Source of the DNA: Guillardia theta CCMP2712
Lineage: Eukaryota > Protista > Cryptophyta
Direction of reading: 5' to 3'
Length of the DNA: 64,000 bases
Assembly: GCF_000315625.1 (NCBI RefSeq)
Contig: NW_005434598.1
Location: forward strand, 84,832-148,831
Position numbers and translations under genes: made by a program. The notes under the pieces are model-generated. The model was not told the DNA's origin. It searched no databases and saw only the letters and a program-made list of their open reading frames with translations. How positions within the stretch are numbered: the stretch's first letter is position 1; every line of letters begins with the position of its first letter. This document shows positions 48,445 to 60,128 of this stretch, piece by piece.

Positions 48445-49836
48445 ATGCGAACAAAGATCCTTTTCTGCTCCATCAGTCGCGATATGAGCAGGTCATCCGA
48501 CGTTGCAACATGTGCTTGACTTGTGAATGTTGTTTTGCATTGCAGTCTGAGCAAACTGATGAAGAGGCGGAGAATGGTAGGAAACAATCTCTCAGCAAGG
48601 TACTCTACCCTTGTGCTTACCAACACCATCCGTTCCCTCCACATCCTCCTCCCCTCCTCCCTCCTCCCTCCTCCCTCCTCCCTCCTCCCTCCTCCCTCCT
48701 CCTTTCTCCCTCCTCCCTCCCCGTCCTTCTTTCCAAAATCTCACCCATCCAACAACATGTGAACTTCTCTCGAGCACATCAATCCTCACATGTGTTCTCC
48801 ACAGAATCATTCTCTCGCACGCACAACAAGAGTACTTGGTCCCCTCCGCAGTCACAGCGGTTACATCGGTATCCTCCTCGACCTCGACCACACCACCATC
48901 TACGGGCAGGACGGGAACGATCTCAGCATCGCCTTTCAACTCAACGGTCTTGATTTCAGCGCTCTTTGTAAGCTCTACACACACCTTCTCAACCCGCAAG
49001 TGAAGGTGAAACAACAACATGAACATCCTTGGAGCATTGATCAAACTCCCCGCCCAGGACCTGCTGGAAAGAATCCGCAAACTCGGCTACATGTTCGAAG
49101 TCGCTCTGTACACAAGGTAACGATCTTGTTGCTCCTATTTCCACCATTTCACATCCTCCCCACATCGCAGGCGCTCCCATCTCCTGTCCTACATGTCCCT
49201 CCTACGTAGACGAGTGATCAGCCTCAAGTGGAGGGAGGACTGGCACTTCGGCAGCAGCCATTGTCTCATCCCCAGCAATATCTCGTCTGCTGAAGAAGTG
49301 CTCGAGACGTACCGCGGAGTTGCTCTCATGCCTCAGGTGATCAGTTGGTCAGAGGGAGCGAGAGCGGGAGAGGGAGAGGGAGAGAGGGAGAGGGAGAGGG
49401 AGAAAGGGAGGGGGAGAGGGAAAGAGAGAGGACGCAGACAAGGAGGAGGAGGAGGGAGGGAAGAGGGAGGAGGAGGTAAAGGTGGAGCAGAGAGGGTCAG
49501 GGAGGAGGACGAGAACCAGGGCAAGGACCAGGAGGGGGAGGGAGAGGAGGAGGAGGAGATAGACGAGGAGGAGGAAGAGGTGACGGTGGTTTACAGGAGA
49601 AGCAGGATCTTCACATGAGTCTCAATCGCCTCTTGGCTGCTCGTACTGCCATAAAGGACATGCTGGGACTTGAAGTTGCCCCGAATGTGATCTTAACATG
49701 CCAAGACAAAGACGTCCTTGCTGTCTCGAGGTCAACTACACCTCCTCCCGTCCCCCTCCTCATGCAAACTCTCCTCCTTTGTTCCTCCTCTCCTCTCCAC
49801 TCTCTCCTCCTCCTCCCTCCCTCCTCCTTCCTTCTC
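48445..49836 (+). CDS. HAD-superfamily (DxDxT, FCP1/NIF-like) domain protein; spliced, runs into a gap
   Basis: 'YIGILLDLDHTTIYGQD' (48862-48912) fits HAD motif I after a hydrophobic strand; further exons 'VALYTR' and 'LNRLLAARTAIKDMLGL..NVILTCQDKDV'. Confidence 0.55.
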
Positions 49837-50539
49837 NNNNNNNNNNNNNNNNNNNNNNNNNNNNNNNNNNNNNNNNNNNNNNNNNNNNNNNNNNNNNNNN
49901 NNNNNNNNNNNNNNNNNNNNNNNNNNNNNNNNNNNNNNNNNNNNNNNNNNNNNNNNNNNNNNNNNNNNNNNNNNNNNNNNNNNNNNNNNNNNNNNNNNNN
50001 NNNNNNNNNNNNNNNNNNNNNNNNNNNNNNNNNNNNNNNNNNNNNNNNNNNNNNNNNNNNNNNNNNNNNNNNNNNNNNNNNNNNNNNNNNNNNNNNNNNN
50101 NNNNNNNNNNNNNNNNNNNNNNNNNNNNNNNNNNNNNNNNNNNNNNNNNNNNNNNNNNNNNNNNNNNNNNNNNNNNNNNNNNNNNNNNNNNNNNNNNNNN
50201 NNNNNNNNNNNNNNNNNNNNNNNNNNNNNNNNNNNNNNNNNNNNNNNNNNNNNNNNNNNNNNNNNNNNNNNNNNNNNNNNNNNNNNNNNNNNNNNNNNNN
50301 NNNNNNNNNNNNNNNNNNNNNNNNNNNNNNNNNNNNNNNNNNNNNNNNNNNNNNNNNNNNNNNNNNNNNNNNNNNNNNNNNNNNNNNNNNNNNNNNNNNN
50401 NNNNNNNNNNNNNNNNNNNNNNNNNNNNNNNNNNNNNNNNNNNNNNNNNNNNNNNNNNNNNNNNNNNNNNNNNNNNNNNNNNNNNNNNNNNNNNNNNNNN
50501 NNNNNNNNNNNNNNNNNNNNNNNNNNNNNNNNCGAGTTG

Positions 50540-50895
50540 CGTCTGAGTCACTCGGACGCGGCTGGCAACCTGCTATCTGATCACCCGCCGGGGGGGAGGC
50601 CGGGGGCAACCATCACTGTGCGGCCTGCGCGTTACCTTCAATTCGGCGGGGCCCCGTCGGAGGGCGGGGGGAGTCTTAGCAAGTCCATCATGGCACGGTC
50701 GTGTGTCTCGGCGAGCGGCGGCGGCGGCGCCCACGGCCGGGCGCCCGCCCGCCGCCGCAAGCTCCGGGCCGGGCCGGCGCGCCAGGGGGCCGGGGCTCTC
50801 CGAGGCTCCGGACTCCTCGGAAGACCGGCACCGGCGGCCGCGGCGCCGGGCCCCGGACTGCCCCGGACTTCACAGAGTCACTGATCACTCGCCGC
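50540..50895. promoter_or_regulatory. GC-rich CCGG/GGCC island
   Basis: 'ggccgggcgcccgcccgccg..ccgggccgggccgg' with ctgagtcactc and gagtcactgatcactc words. Confidence 0.45.
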
Positions 50896-51628
50896 CGCTC
50901 GTTGGTAGTAGTAGTGCGGTCCACTGATCCGACACAGGCTGCCTTTCCGGGGGGACAGCAGTTCGCCGTATAGGGGTTGGTTCTTGCTGTCTTTTCTCTT
51001 CTGTTATCCTCTCACTAATTTTTAACTTAACTTTGAGTAAAGTATATATAGTCATGCAAAGAGTTTGAAGAATATATTCCGGGCTCGCCTCAGATTCAGG
51101 AAGAAGACAGAAGGAGGGAGTTTCACGTGCAAGGGAGGAGGAGAGAGGGAGGAGAGGTGGAGGCAAGAGAAGAGGAGGAGAGGGACAGGAAGGACCAGAC
51201 ACTTGGGCTGCTGACGTTGTTGGATCTACTCCTCCTCACCGACTGGATTGAAAGTGAGTTCTTGTGTGTGAAATGTTACTTAGTTCCTACTTGCTGTTCA
51301 TCTGTGATGATAAAAAAGCTCCCTCTTCCGATGCGCGCTGAAGAAGAAAGCTTTTCCGGAATCTTTATTTTGTCTGAGATGATATTTCCTTTCTCTACAT
51401 GCACGATGTTGATCATGTTGATTTCTGATGTCTGAAGTTACTGGGCAGGAGCTTATCCTTCAAGTCCAGTCAGCGGACTGCGAGGATTTCATGGATTCCA
51501 ACTCGTATTGATGTTTTCTTAGTGAAGAGATAGTACATGTGATGTATATATATATATGTAAAACAAGCGTGCGGTAGCTGTTGTGTATGCTCGCACGAAT
51601 AAATCACTCTTGATCAAGTTTTCCATAT

Positions 51629-52713
51629 TCATTTCTTCTTTATCTTCCTCCGAGGGACAAACAACGAATCTATTCCAACCTTGACCAGAAAACCAAAACT
51701 TGCTCCCTGCATTATCACAAGTCAACCAGGCACACGGTCATGGGAAGACAAATATCACCAGAGAGAAGGAGGTAACGACTGCAGCAGTGAACTCTTGAGG
51801 AAAACTATTCCAGATGCCCTGGTAACCTTCCAACGTCCCTGTTAAGAAATCCTCCAACTTCTCCATGGTCTGCAAGAAAGCACTTCAAACAGACTGTGTG
51901 TGATCGACAGAGAAACGTTCTCACAAATTCAACTATGCTGAGAGTAGCAGGATCCTTGGGTATATCCGCCGTCTGATCTTTCGGAGCCTGTATCCCTTAA
52001 GTCATTCACATGCCGCTCCACGAGCTGAGCATGCCGATCTCCATCCTCCCCGAGCAAAGTCGTTCAGTTCCTTGGCGTCTCTGCAGATTCCACTTTGACA
52101 ACTGATCGCACAAGGCGATCACTAACCGTGACCCAGTGTACACATACATCCTCCCCTCGTTGAACAGCAACATGGTGGGATAGCCTTTGATCTGCATGAC
52201 TAGCTAGTCAGCAGGGAAGGAGGAGACGAGATGTCTTGATAGAGAACCTTGCGTCGGAACCTGTGCTGTATTTGCGTATTGTCTTCCAGGTTCACCTTTG
52301 CAACCACCACGTCCCCATGGAGCTGGTCTGCCAGACGATCCCAAACAGGAAGCTGTAGAGCTAGATTCAGCACGAGGACATTCAGCTGCAATCTTCGTAC
52401 CACTTGCTTGCAGTATCCACACCAAGGCCTTTGAAACAAACACAGCAGCAAACTCTTAGCACAATAGGGAATCACAGGACAACGAAGTTGCTACATGTAA
52501 AATAATACGAACACTTCTTTTCTTGCAGTTGGATTCGACCCCGATGAAATGAAGTCGTTGACATTGAAGTCATCGATGACAGAAGCAGCTTTGAAAACGC
52601 TGGCAACACAATCTCATAACCGGCAACTCGAGATTCTGACTTCACCTCTCTTGTGTGGAAACTGACACCAACAAGAAAGAACACGCGAATATCCGAAGAA
52701 GGAGGGAAGCCAT
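51629..52713 (-). CDS. TMX-like single-thioredoxin ER membrane protein (WCGYC); spliced
   Basis: Signal peptide 'MASLLLRIFACSFLLVSVS'; 'PWCGYCKQLLPVWDRLA..VVVAKV..RF.IKGYPTMLLFNEG.MY.YTGSR'; C-terminal TM segment and 'RRKIKKK*'. Confidence 0.88.
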
Positions 52714-53039
52714 GGCCTCACAGCTCCAAGGATAAAATCCTGTAGATTGAAATCAAAAGCTGCTGCAACGCACCTCGGTCACCCTCTACTCTCTTGCCTT
52801 GTATCTCCCTCTGCATGTTGCTGCTTCCAAACTAAGTCCGATGCACGATGCAGCTTCCTCTTCATCTCCTAGTTGTCCATGGACTGATCTCACTTGTGCA
52901 TGCTCTCCCTCTCTCCTCCTCCTCACCCTCCCTCCCTCTCCTCCCTCCGGTGCGGCTTCGTATGCCTCCTCCCTTGCATTGGGCGCAGAACCTTTACCCT
53001 CATCCCCACCCTGACCTCCTAAGGAGATAGACTCAACTC

Positions 53040-53535
53040 AGTGATCCCTCGACCACCCTCTTTATACCCCTACCCCCACATCACCCGCACCCCCATGATT
53101 TTACCCACCCTTGTCATTACTACCCCCCTCATCAATAATTCTGTATAGGGGTAATATATGAGCCATTTGCGTTGAAGTCTCTTCGTACCCTATGATTCTA
53201 CTACCCCCACCCCCCATTTAGCCGCTGCCCTCCCCAGGCTCCGATCGGACCCAGGGCCGTGCCGTCTCTTGTACCGATCAATCACCCACCCCTACCCACG
53301 CCTACCCACGCCTACCCCCTACCCTCTACCCCACCCACCCCGACCTGCCATCCCCTGTGGGTAAAAGGACCCTTCAAAATCATTCACCTTACTAAGTTAC
53401 CCTACCCCCTCAGTTTTACTGAGTTTGCTGGGTACTTGGGAGTACTCTGGCCCTTTCACGGCCTCTACAGTACCCCCCGCTCACACCCAAGTTGTACCCT
53501 ACCCACCCCTACCCACCCCCTACCGCCCAACCTGA
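53040..53535. promoter_or_regulatory. TACCC-rich tract between divergent genes
   Basis: 'ccctacccacgcctacccacgcctaccccctaccctctacccc' and similar runs. Confidence 0.5.
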
Positions 53536-53824
53536 AATCAACGCATTCCGTTGAGCATGCAGGAGAGAGAGGAGGGGAGGGAGGAGGAGCAAGAGGGAGG
53601 AGGGAGGAGGGAGGAGGGAGGAGCTAGAGGGGAGAGGAGGCGAGGTCAGGAGAGCGTGTTCAGCTTCTACCTATCATCTCTCTTGTTTTCTTATCTTGCG
53701 AGCGTCACCTGCTTCTGTTCATCTCTAGTAGCTCCTCTCTCTTAATTTCTCTCCCCTAGTTCTTGTCCCAATGCCACAAGCTCTCCTCTCCTCTCCTCCT
53801 CATCTTCATCCTGACAAAGAGAAA

Positions 53825-55148
53825 ATGCTGACGACATGGGCCCAGATGGTGTTGTTTCGCCGGAGAATACATGAGGAACATGCTAGTAACGAGGAAGGAC
53901 TCTTTGGAGGATCGTTAGAGCTGCCACCTCGACGAGCATGGGACTCTCCTTCCCTTGAGGAAGGGCCGACAAAAGTAGTCAGAGCATGCGCCAACGACTT
54001 TGGCAGGAGGGACAAGGACGTAGAGGAGAGGCTGACTGTCCTGGTCGACAACGGCGAGTTTCTCGCACATGGAGAGCACCCTGTGCAGGAGCATTGCAGC
54101 AGCAGAAGGGCTGTACAGGTATCCTTACTGTGTTGTGTTGTCAGAGTTGACACGTTGGCGGTAGAGGAGGAAGGGAATGTGGAGCAGATTCAGCTGGTGG
54201 GTCAGAGGGAAGGATGCGAAGGCGAAGGAGCCGAAGTTGAACGGGGAGGAACAACGGGGGGAGGCTGTTGAAGGGACAAACGGCACCAGGCAGCGGCGGC
54301 AGGAGGAGGAGGAGGAGGAGGAGGAGGAGGAGGAGGAGGAGGTGATAGCTCTGTCTGCGCATCCTCTTCCGCTGAATCTCGGGGAGCAGCAGGACTGTCA
54401 GGGAGAGCATATCAGCACCGAGAAGGTAAGTCTACCTGCTGCTTGCCCTCCTCCTCTCCTCCTCGCCTCCGTCTCGTCATCTTTTTCGTCCTTCTCGTCC
54501 TGCCTCCCCTTCTCCTGATCCTTACTGTATTTGCTGTCCTTGCTGTTCTCCCTCTCTTCCTCCCTTATCTCCAGTGGACTGACATCTCGCTCTCCTTCAG
54601 GTCACGAAGCAACATGCCCGTCGAGGTGCGCTGGTCGCCCTGGACGTGGAGAACTTCGTGCTCTCGGGGCAGGGCAGACTACCAGGAGACACGGGGCCAG
54701 GGATGTTGGTGGAAGATCACTTCGGAGATGGCAACTGCTGGCGAGGTAACATCCTCCTCCTCGCTCTCCTCCTCGCTCTCCTCCTGCTGCTGTTTCTCTT
54801 CTCGCTTCGCCCCTTGGCGCATCGCTATGATCTGGTCGTGATGGATTGCTGCAGTCCGATGGGTCTTGACGAACACGTGGGGCATTTACTCGACGGTAAT
54901 GGAGGAAAAGTAGTAGTAGTAGTAGTAGTAGTGGTAGGAGGAGGAGCGAAGAGGAACAGGGGGGAAGGAGGAGCAGGGGGAGCAGTGGGAAAGGACAGAG
55001 GGGTTAAGTAGAAATTCAGTAGATTGTGTGGATGATGAGGCCAAGGCTTAGGAGGGCAGGATAAAGATGAGGGTACAATGGGATGGAAGGAAGGAGAAAG
55101 GAAAGGGAGGAGGGAGGGGCAGGAGGAGAAGGAGGATGAGCAGGTAGC

Positions 55149-55232
<84 letters not shown>

Positions 55233-55355
55233 AACCATCAGCAGGGTGTTGTCTCCGTATGCTGAAGGAGGTGTAGGGGATGAACGGGGAGTTCCATCTG
55301 TTCCGGGACGCGAGGAGGGCGAGGGAGGGTTGGGACCCGCACGCGTTCGATGCTA
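53825..55355 (+). CDS. Hypothetical spliced protein, weakly class-I SAM-methyltransferase-like
   Basis: Consistent + strand splice sites (54119-54163; gtaagt at 54426; cag at 54600); segments 'LVALDVENF' and 'RYDLVVMDCC'. Confidence 0.4.
55149..55231 (+). repeat. (GCAGGA)n hexamer microsatellite, intronic
   Basis: Direct repeat visible in the sequence. Confidence 0.95.
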
Positions 55356-55821
55356 GGAATCGACTTCCTTCACTCTTCTGCTACCTGGTGAGCTGAAGGG
55401 ATGGGAGGGAGGAAGCTGATTGTTGTACTGCCGCAGCCTGCTGCTGAGGAGGATGAGGATGCGTCTTCGTACCTTTCGCCAAGGTCGAGAGTGTGGAGTG
55501 ACCGGAGATGAAGGAAGGAGAGCGACAGGGGAGGAGCACGAGGAGAAAGAGGACGTGGAGCAGAAAGATCATCAGGAGGAGGAGAAGAGGGAGGGGGAGG
55601 AGGAGGCAACATGTTGTATGAATGAATGTTGTTCGATGTGAGAAAATTCGAGGAGCCTCGAATGTTGGCTGGTACCCTAAATCATCAGTGAAACTGAGGT
55701 GAGATTCCAGGGACATTGATGAAAACAGTGGATTGAACTTGAAAAAAACAGTGATGTAGGTTTGAAAATTTGAGTAGAAATCAGCAAGGTACAAGAAAGA
55801 AATCGATCCGTTGTTGGCGAA

Positions 55822-58800
55822 TCAGCACATGCAATGTCCGTATCTTCGAAGGCAACTGTAGTTGCAGCCGTGCGCGACTCCGTTGCGACCGTTATAACCT
55901 GAAGTTTGAACATGAATGAGCACAGAAAATGCCAGCGCAAGCATGAGAGACTCTCAGCGAACAAAACCAAAAACTTGAAAACACAAGTCTTCTTCCTCTG
56001 CCTTCCGCCTTGCCCCTCCGTCTCCTTCCGTCCTGAACTTCTCGTTCCTTTCTACTCCATTCGTTCTTTCATCTCCTCTGCCTGCCTCCTTCCACCCAAC
56101 CCTGCCACCTCTCTCCCTCCCTTCCTCTCTTCCTCCCTCCCTCCCTCGCTGCCCGCCCATCTCTAGCTTCTCCTCCTCTCCTCTCACCTGGGGCTCCGTG
56201 AGCTCCTGGCATCCCTCGCGCTCCGTTGGCTCCTGGCGCTCCTGCCGTTCCTGGGGTCCCGTTGGCTCCAGGGCTCCCGGGCGCCTGAGTCACCGTCAGC
56301 CCCTTGCTCGCAGAGGGAAGAGGAGGAGGGGAAGGATGGTGAGGGGGGCCAGGGAGGGAAGGACGAGGAGTTGTAGCAGGAGGAAGGGAAGGGGGACTGG
56401 GAGGATGCAGAAAGGGAAAGGAAAGGGGGAGAGGGAGGAAGCGGAGAGGGAGAGGGAGAGGGAGAGGGAGAGGGAGAGGGAGGGAGAGAGGTAGGGTGGG
56501 AGAGGGAGGGGGAGAGGGAGAGTAGTACCCCGGACGAGGCTGCGGCTCCTCTAACGCCGGCGATTCCTTTGGCTCCCTTGATGCCGACACCTTAACGGAG
56601 GAGGGTAAGAGGAAACAGGAGGAAGCAACATAAGGGAATTACCCGGAGTCCCAGGCTCTCCTTGCTGTCCCCACATCCCCGGAGCTCCGACCACACCGAT
56701 GAGTCCTGTCCCCTTTCGTCAGCTCCAGCTCCCTCTCCCCCTCCTCCTGCTTAACCCATACCCCTAGTTCAGATTCCCCATCCTGCCCTCCTCCTCCTCA
56801 AACCAATCCTCCCCTTTCTCCTCCTCCTCCTCCTCCTCCTCGACCTGGAGTGCCAGGATACCCTGCTACTCCAGCTGTTCCCTCCTGCAAAGACCGTCAG
56901 CTACCTTCTTCACATTGCTGCATGTCTGACCTGTCCAGCAGTTCCTGGGGGGCCGGGAGGACCCTGAGGACCCTGAGGTAGTTTATCTTAGTGTCGCACT
57001 ATATAAATGTGCTGGCTTACGGCCAGCCCCGGCGGCCCTTGTCTTCCCCAGATGCCAGGGACACCCGGCGGGCCCTGGGGTAACACTCAGTGACCTCGCC
57101 CCGGACGAGTTCAGGGAAGCGAGTAGGAAAGATCAGGCAAGTAAGAGAAGAGGAGAGGAGGAGAGGAGAGGAGAGGGGAGGGGAGGGGAGGGGAAGGGAG
57201 GGGAAGGGGGAGGGGGAAGAGGGGGAGGGAGAGGAGTGGGAGGGAGGAGGAGAAGGTAGCACTTGCACTACCTGATCGCCGCTGATGCCCGGAGCTCCTT
57301 GCAGTCCAGGTTGACCGATGGGGCCGCGAGGGCCCATGGGGCCATCGGAGCCCGTGGCACCTTACGAGACGTTAGAGGAGCTGGTGAAGAGGAGCGAACG
57401 TCTTACCGGGAGCGCCCGGAGGACCTCGGATTCCTCTGACGCCATTCTTTCCTGCAATCCTGGCATCAGGAGGAGGAGGCAGCGAGAGATCGGGAGAAGG
57501 AAGGGAGGGAGGGAGGGAGGGAGGGAGGGAGGGGAAGGGAGGGAAGGCGACGAAGAGACAGAGAGGAAGGGACGAAGGAAGGATGCGGCAAGGGCATATC
57601 CTTGGATGCTGCAGAGAGAGGCAGGAGCAGGAGCAGGAGGAAGAGGAGGAGCAGGAGGAGAGGAAAACAACCTGGCGCGCCAGCAGGTCCCATGATGCCT
57701 CTTGCACCCACGGGCCCCGGCAGTCCCACTGGACCCGTCGGGCCGGGCGGGCCCTGGCATGGACAAGTCACTGAAGTCACGCAGTCAGCTCTAGTAACAA
57801 CCTGAAGTCCCCGCAGTCCCTGCAGGCCCGGAGGGCCCCGCATCCCCACGACTCCAAGAGGCCCTGCATCCGATAACAGTAAGTGAGATTCCTCCTCCTC
57901 TCCCTCCTCCTCCTCTCCCTCCTCCTCTCCCTCCTTGGCCTTCCTCCTCCTCCATCACCTCTCCTTCCCGGAGGTCCTGGTGGGCCAGTTCGTCCCTGCA
58001 GAAGCGTGTTACTTCCTTGCTCTTTGTCAAGAGTGGAGGAGGCGAGGCGAGGAAAAGGAAGAGGAGGAGGGGTGAGTAAGTTGGGGAGAAGTAAGAGGTT
58101 GATGATGATGATGAGGAGGAGGAAGGGGGAGGGGGGGGGGGGAGGGGGGGAAGGAAGAGGAGGAGGAGAGTCACCTTAGGTCCTGTAGGACCAGGGGCCC
58201 CTGGCAGTCCTTCCAACCCAGGAGCGCCAACTCCTTCACTGCCGGGGATACCGGGAGGACCAGGTTTGCCGGGCTTGCCCTGGGGCCCCGCCAGCTTCTT
58301 CTCCTCCCGCAGCCTCGCCAGCTGCCGGACAAGCCGTCGGGTCCGCTCCTTCAGGCTGGAGGCAGTGGACTCAAGGTCATCGACCTTCTTCTCATCTCGA
58401 TCGATGCGACGCTGTATGTTGGACATCGCCTCCTTGGCTCCCTCGAAGTTCAACTTCGCGCTCTGCTGTAGTTCCTTGAGCGACGACTTGATCTCGGGCT
58501 GCAACTTGATCGTAGTGAGCTGGGCTGCTTGCAGGGGATACTGAGCCGGGAGGTCAGTGATGTAGTGCTCCTCCTCCGCCAGCCTCCCCGGGGCAGCAGA
58601 GACACTCGGCACCCTCTGCACGCATCCTCGCTGTGTGCAGTCAGCTAGCGGAGCCATGTGGGCCAGGGGCTGGATCACTCCTGCTCCTCCTACGCTGACA
58701 GTCGCCGGAGAGTACAGCTGCTGGGCTGTTGGGTTAGATTCCGACAAGTCCTCCAGCTGAACAGTCCCTCCTGTCCTCGCCAGCCTTCCAGATATGACGT

Positions 58801-59137
58801 CATCACCTCCGCTCGAGCTGCTGCTGGAAACGTCAGCCAAGGACTGGGTCCTGGCCTTCTTCACGGGCAGCCCCGTCGCCGCTAGCCTCTCCAGCGATCT
58901 CACGTCGAGGAACCTGGAGGAGAGAACATCTGGTCTTGTGCTGCCATGGGGAGAGAAGCAGACAACAGCTACGAGGCCAGCAAGGGATGCAGCGACTATG
59001 AGCCCGTTGAATGCAGTTGAAATTTTTTCCTTCCCCTGTGACAAAGGGAATCAATTTCTTTGTCTTCTTCACAGGAGGAGGTTGTCTACCTTTCTCACAG
59101 TCTGCATGTGCGTCGGAAGCTGCACGGATCCTTGCAT
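55822..59137 (-). CDS. Type II membrane collagen-like protein (TM, coiled coil, Gly-X-Y repeats across many small exons, Cys-rich tail)
   Basis: 'LIVAASLAGLVAVVCF' TM; coiled coil; 'GPQGKPGKPGPPGIPG..', 'GPPGPTGPVGLPGPVGARGIMGPAGAPG', 'GPMGPRGPIGQPGLQGAPG'; last exon 'GYNGRNGVAHGCNYSCLRRYGHCMC*'. Confidence 0.88.
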
Positions 59138-59749
59138 CTCACTGAACAGTCGCTTGCTCAGAAGGACATGCAGGGCATCCTGGTAAGTTGTCAGCTCACG
59201 AAAATTTTTGTGACATGCATATTGCACATCAATAGAGTCGAACGACAACTTCTACTCAACAAACCGCATATCTTATGTCATATATGCTCGCTCTCTGCTT
59301 TTCCTAACCTCATCTCTGTTTTGCATTACTTCATACTAACTTTTCTTGCATTGATTTCACCTCTCTCGTTTCTCTCTTCTCGTCTCTTCTCGTCTCCCCT
59401 CCTCTTCAAGTTCTCCCCTTCTCTCGTCTCCTGCTCTCTTGATCTCCCTCTCACCTTCTCTTCCCTCCTCTCCTCCTCTTCCCTCCTCTTCCCTCCTCTT
59501 CTCTCCTCTTCCCTCCTCTTCCCTCCTCCTCTTGTCTGCTCCTCTTGTCTCCTCATCTGTCTCTTCTTCTCTTCCTCCTTCGCCATCTCCATCTCCAAAG
59601 AACGGCACCATGAAGAGACGCCCTTTGTTCACTTGACTATAAACGTGTTGACTAAAACAGACTGAGGGGATGTTGACTATGATCCTTGCTTCGAGAACAA
59701 ATATTGACTATATATATCAATAGTCAATACCACAGTGCCGCAGATGATG

Positions 59750-59995
59750 GGAGACACCGAAACGGCGGGAAGTTTGAAGGAGCAGGTGAGGGTGGTCTGA
59801 GTAGGGGTCATCAGAACTCGAGGGATACGCAGACGGGAAATTAAGGGGGTACTTCAACATCAAAATAGGGGTAATATTTGAAAAGTGGGGGTGATGGTGG
59901 TTCGTGTGGGGGTGGGGGCTGATTGCAAATTTCATAGAAAAATGCAATGGGTCAAGCAGGACGAGGAGAGGGAGAAAGGGACGGAGGGGGTAGAA
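59750..59995. promoter_or_regulatory. GGGTA-rich tract between the divergent collagen-like and katanin genes
   Basis: 'gtaggggtc', 'gggggtac', 'taggggta' and 'gggggtg' words. Confidence 0.45.
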
Positions 59996-60128
59996 TGGCA
60001 GAGAAACGAACTCGAACACGATCATGACAGCGCATAGAATGCTAGCTCAATGATCGAAGAGACTGTCCTCAGAGATTGTTTGTGACATGTCTCTAGTAGA
60101 TGGTCGAGAATTTTCTTCATTAGTGACC

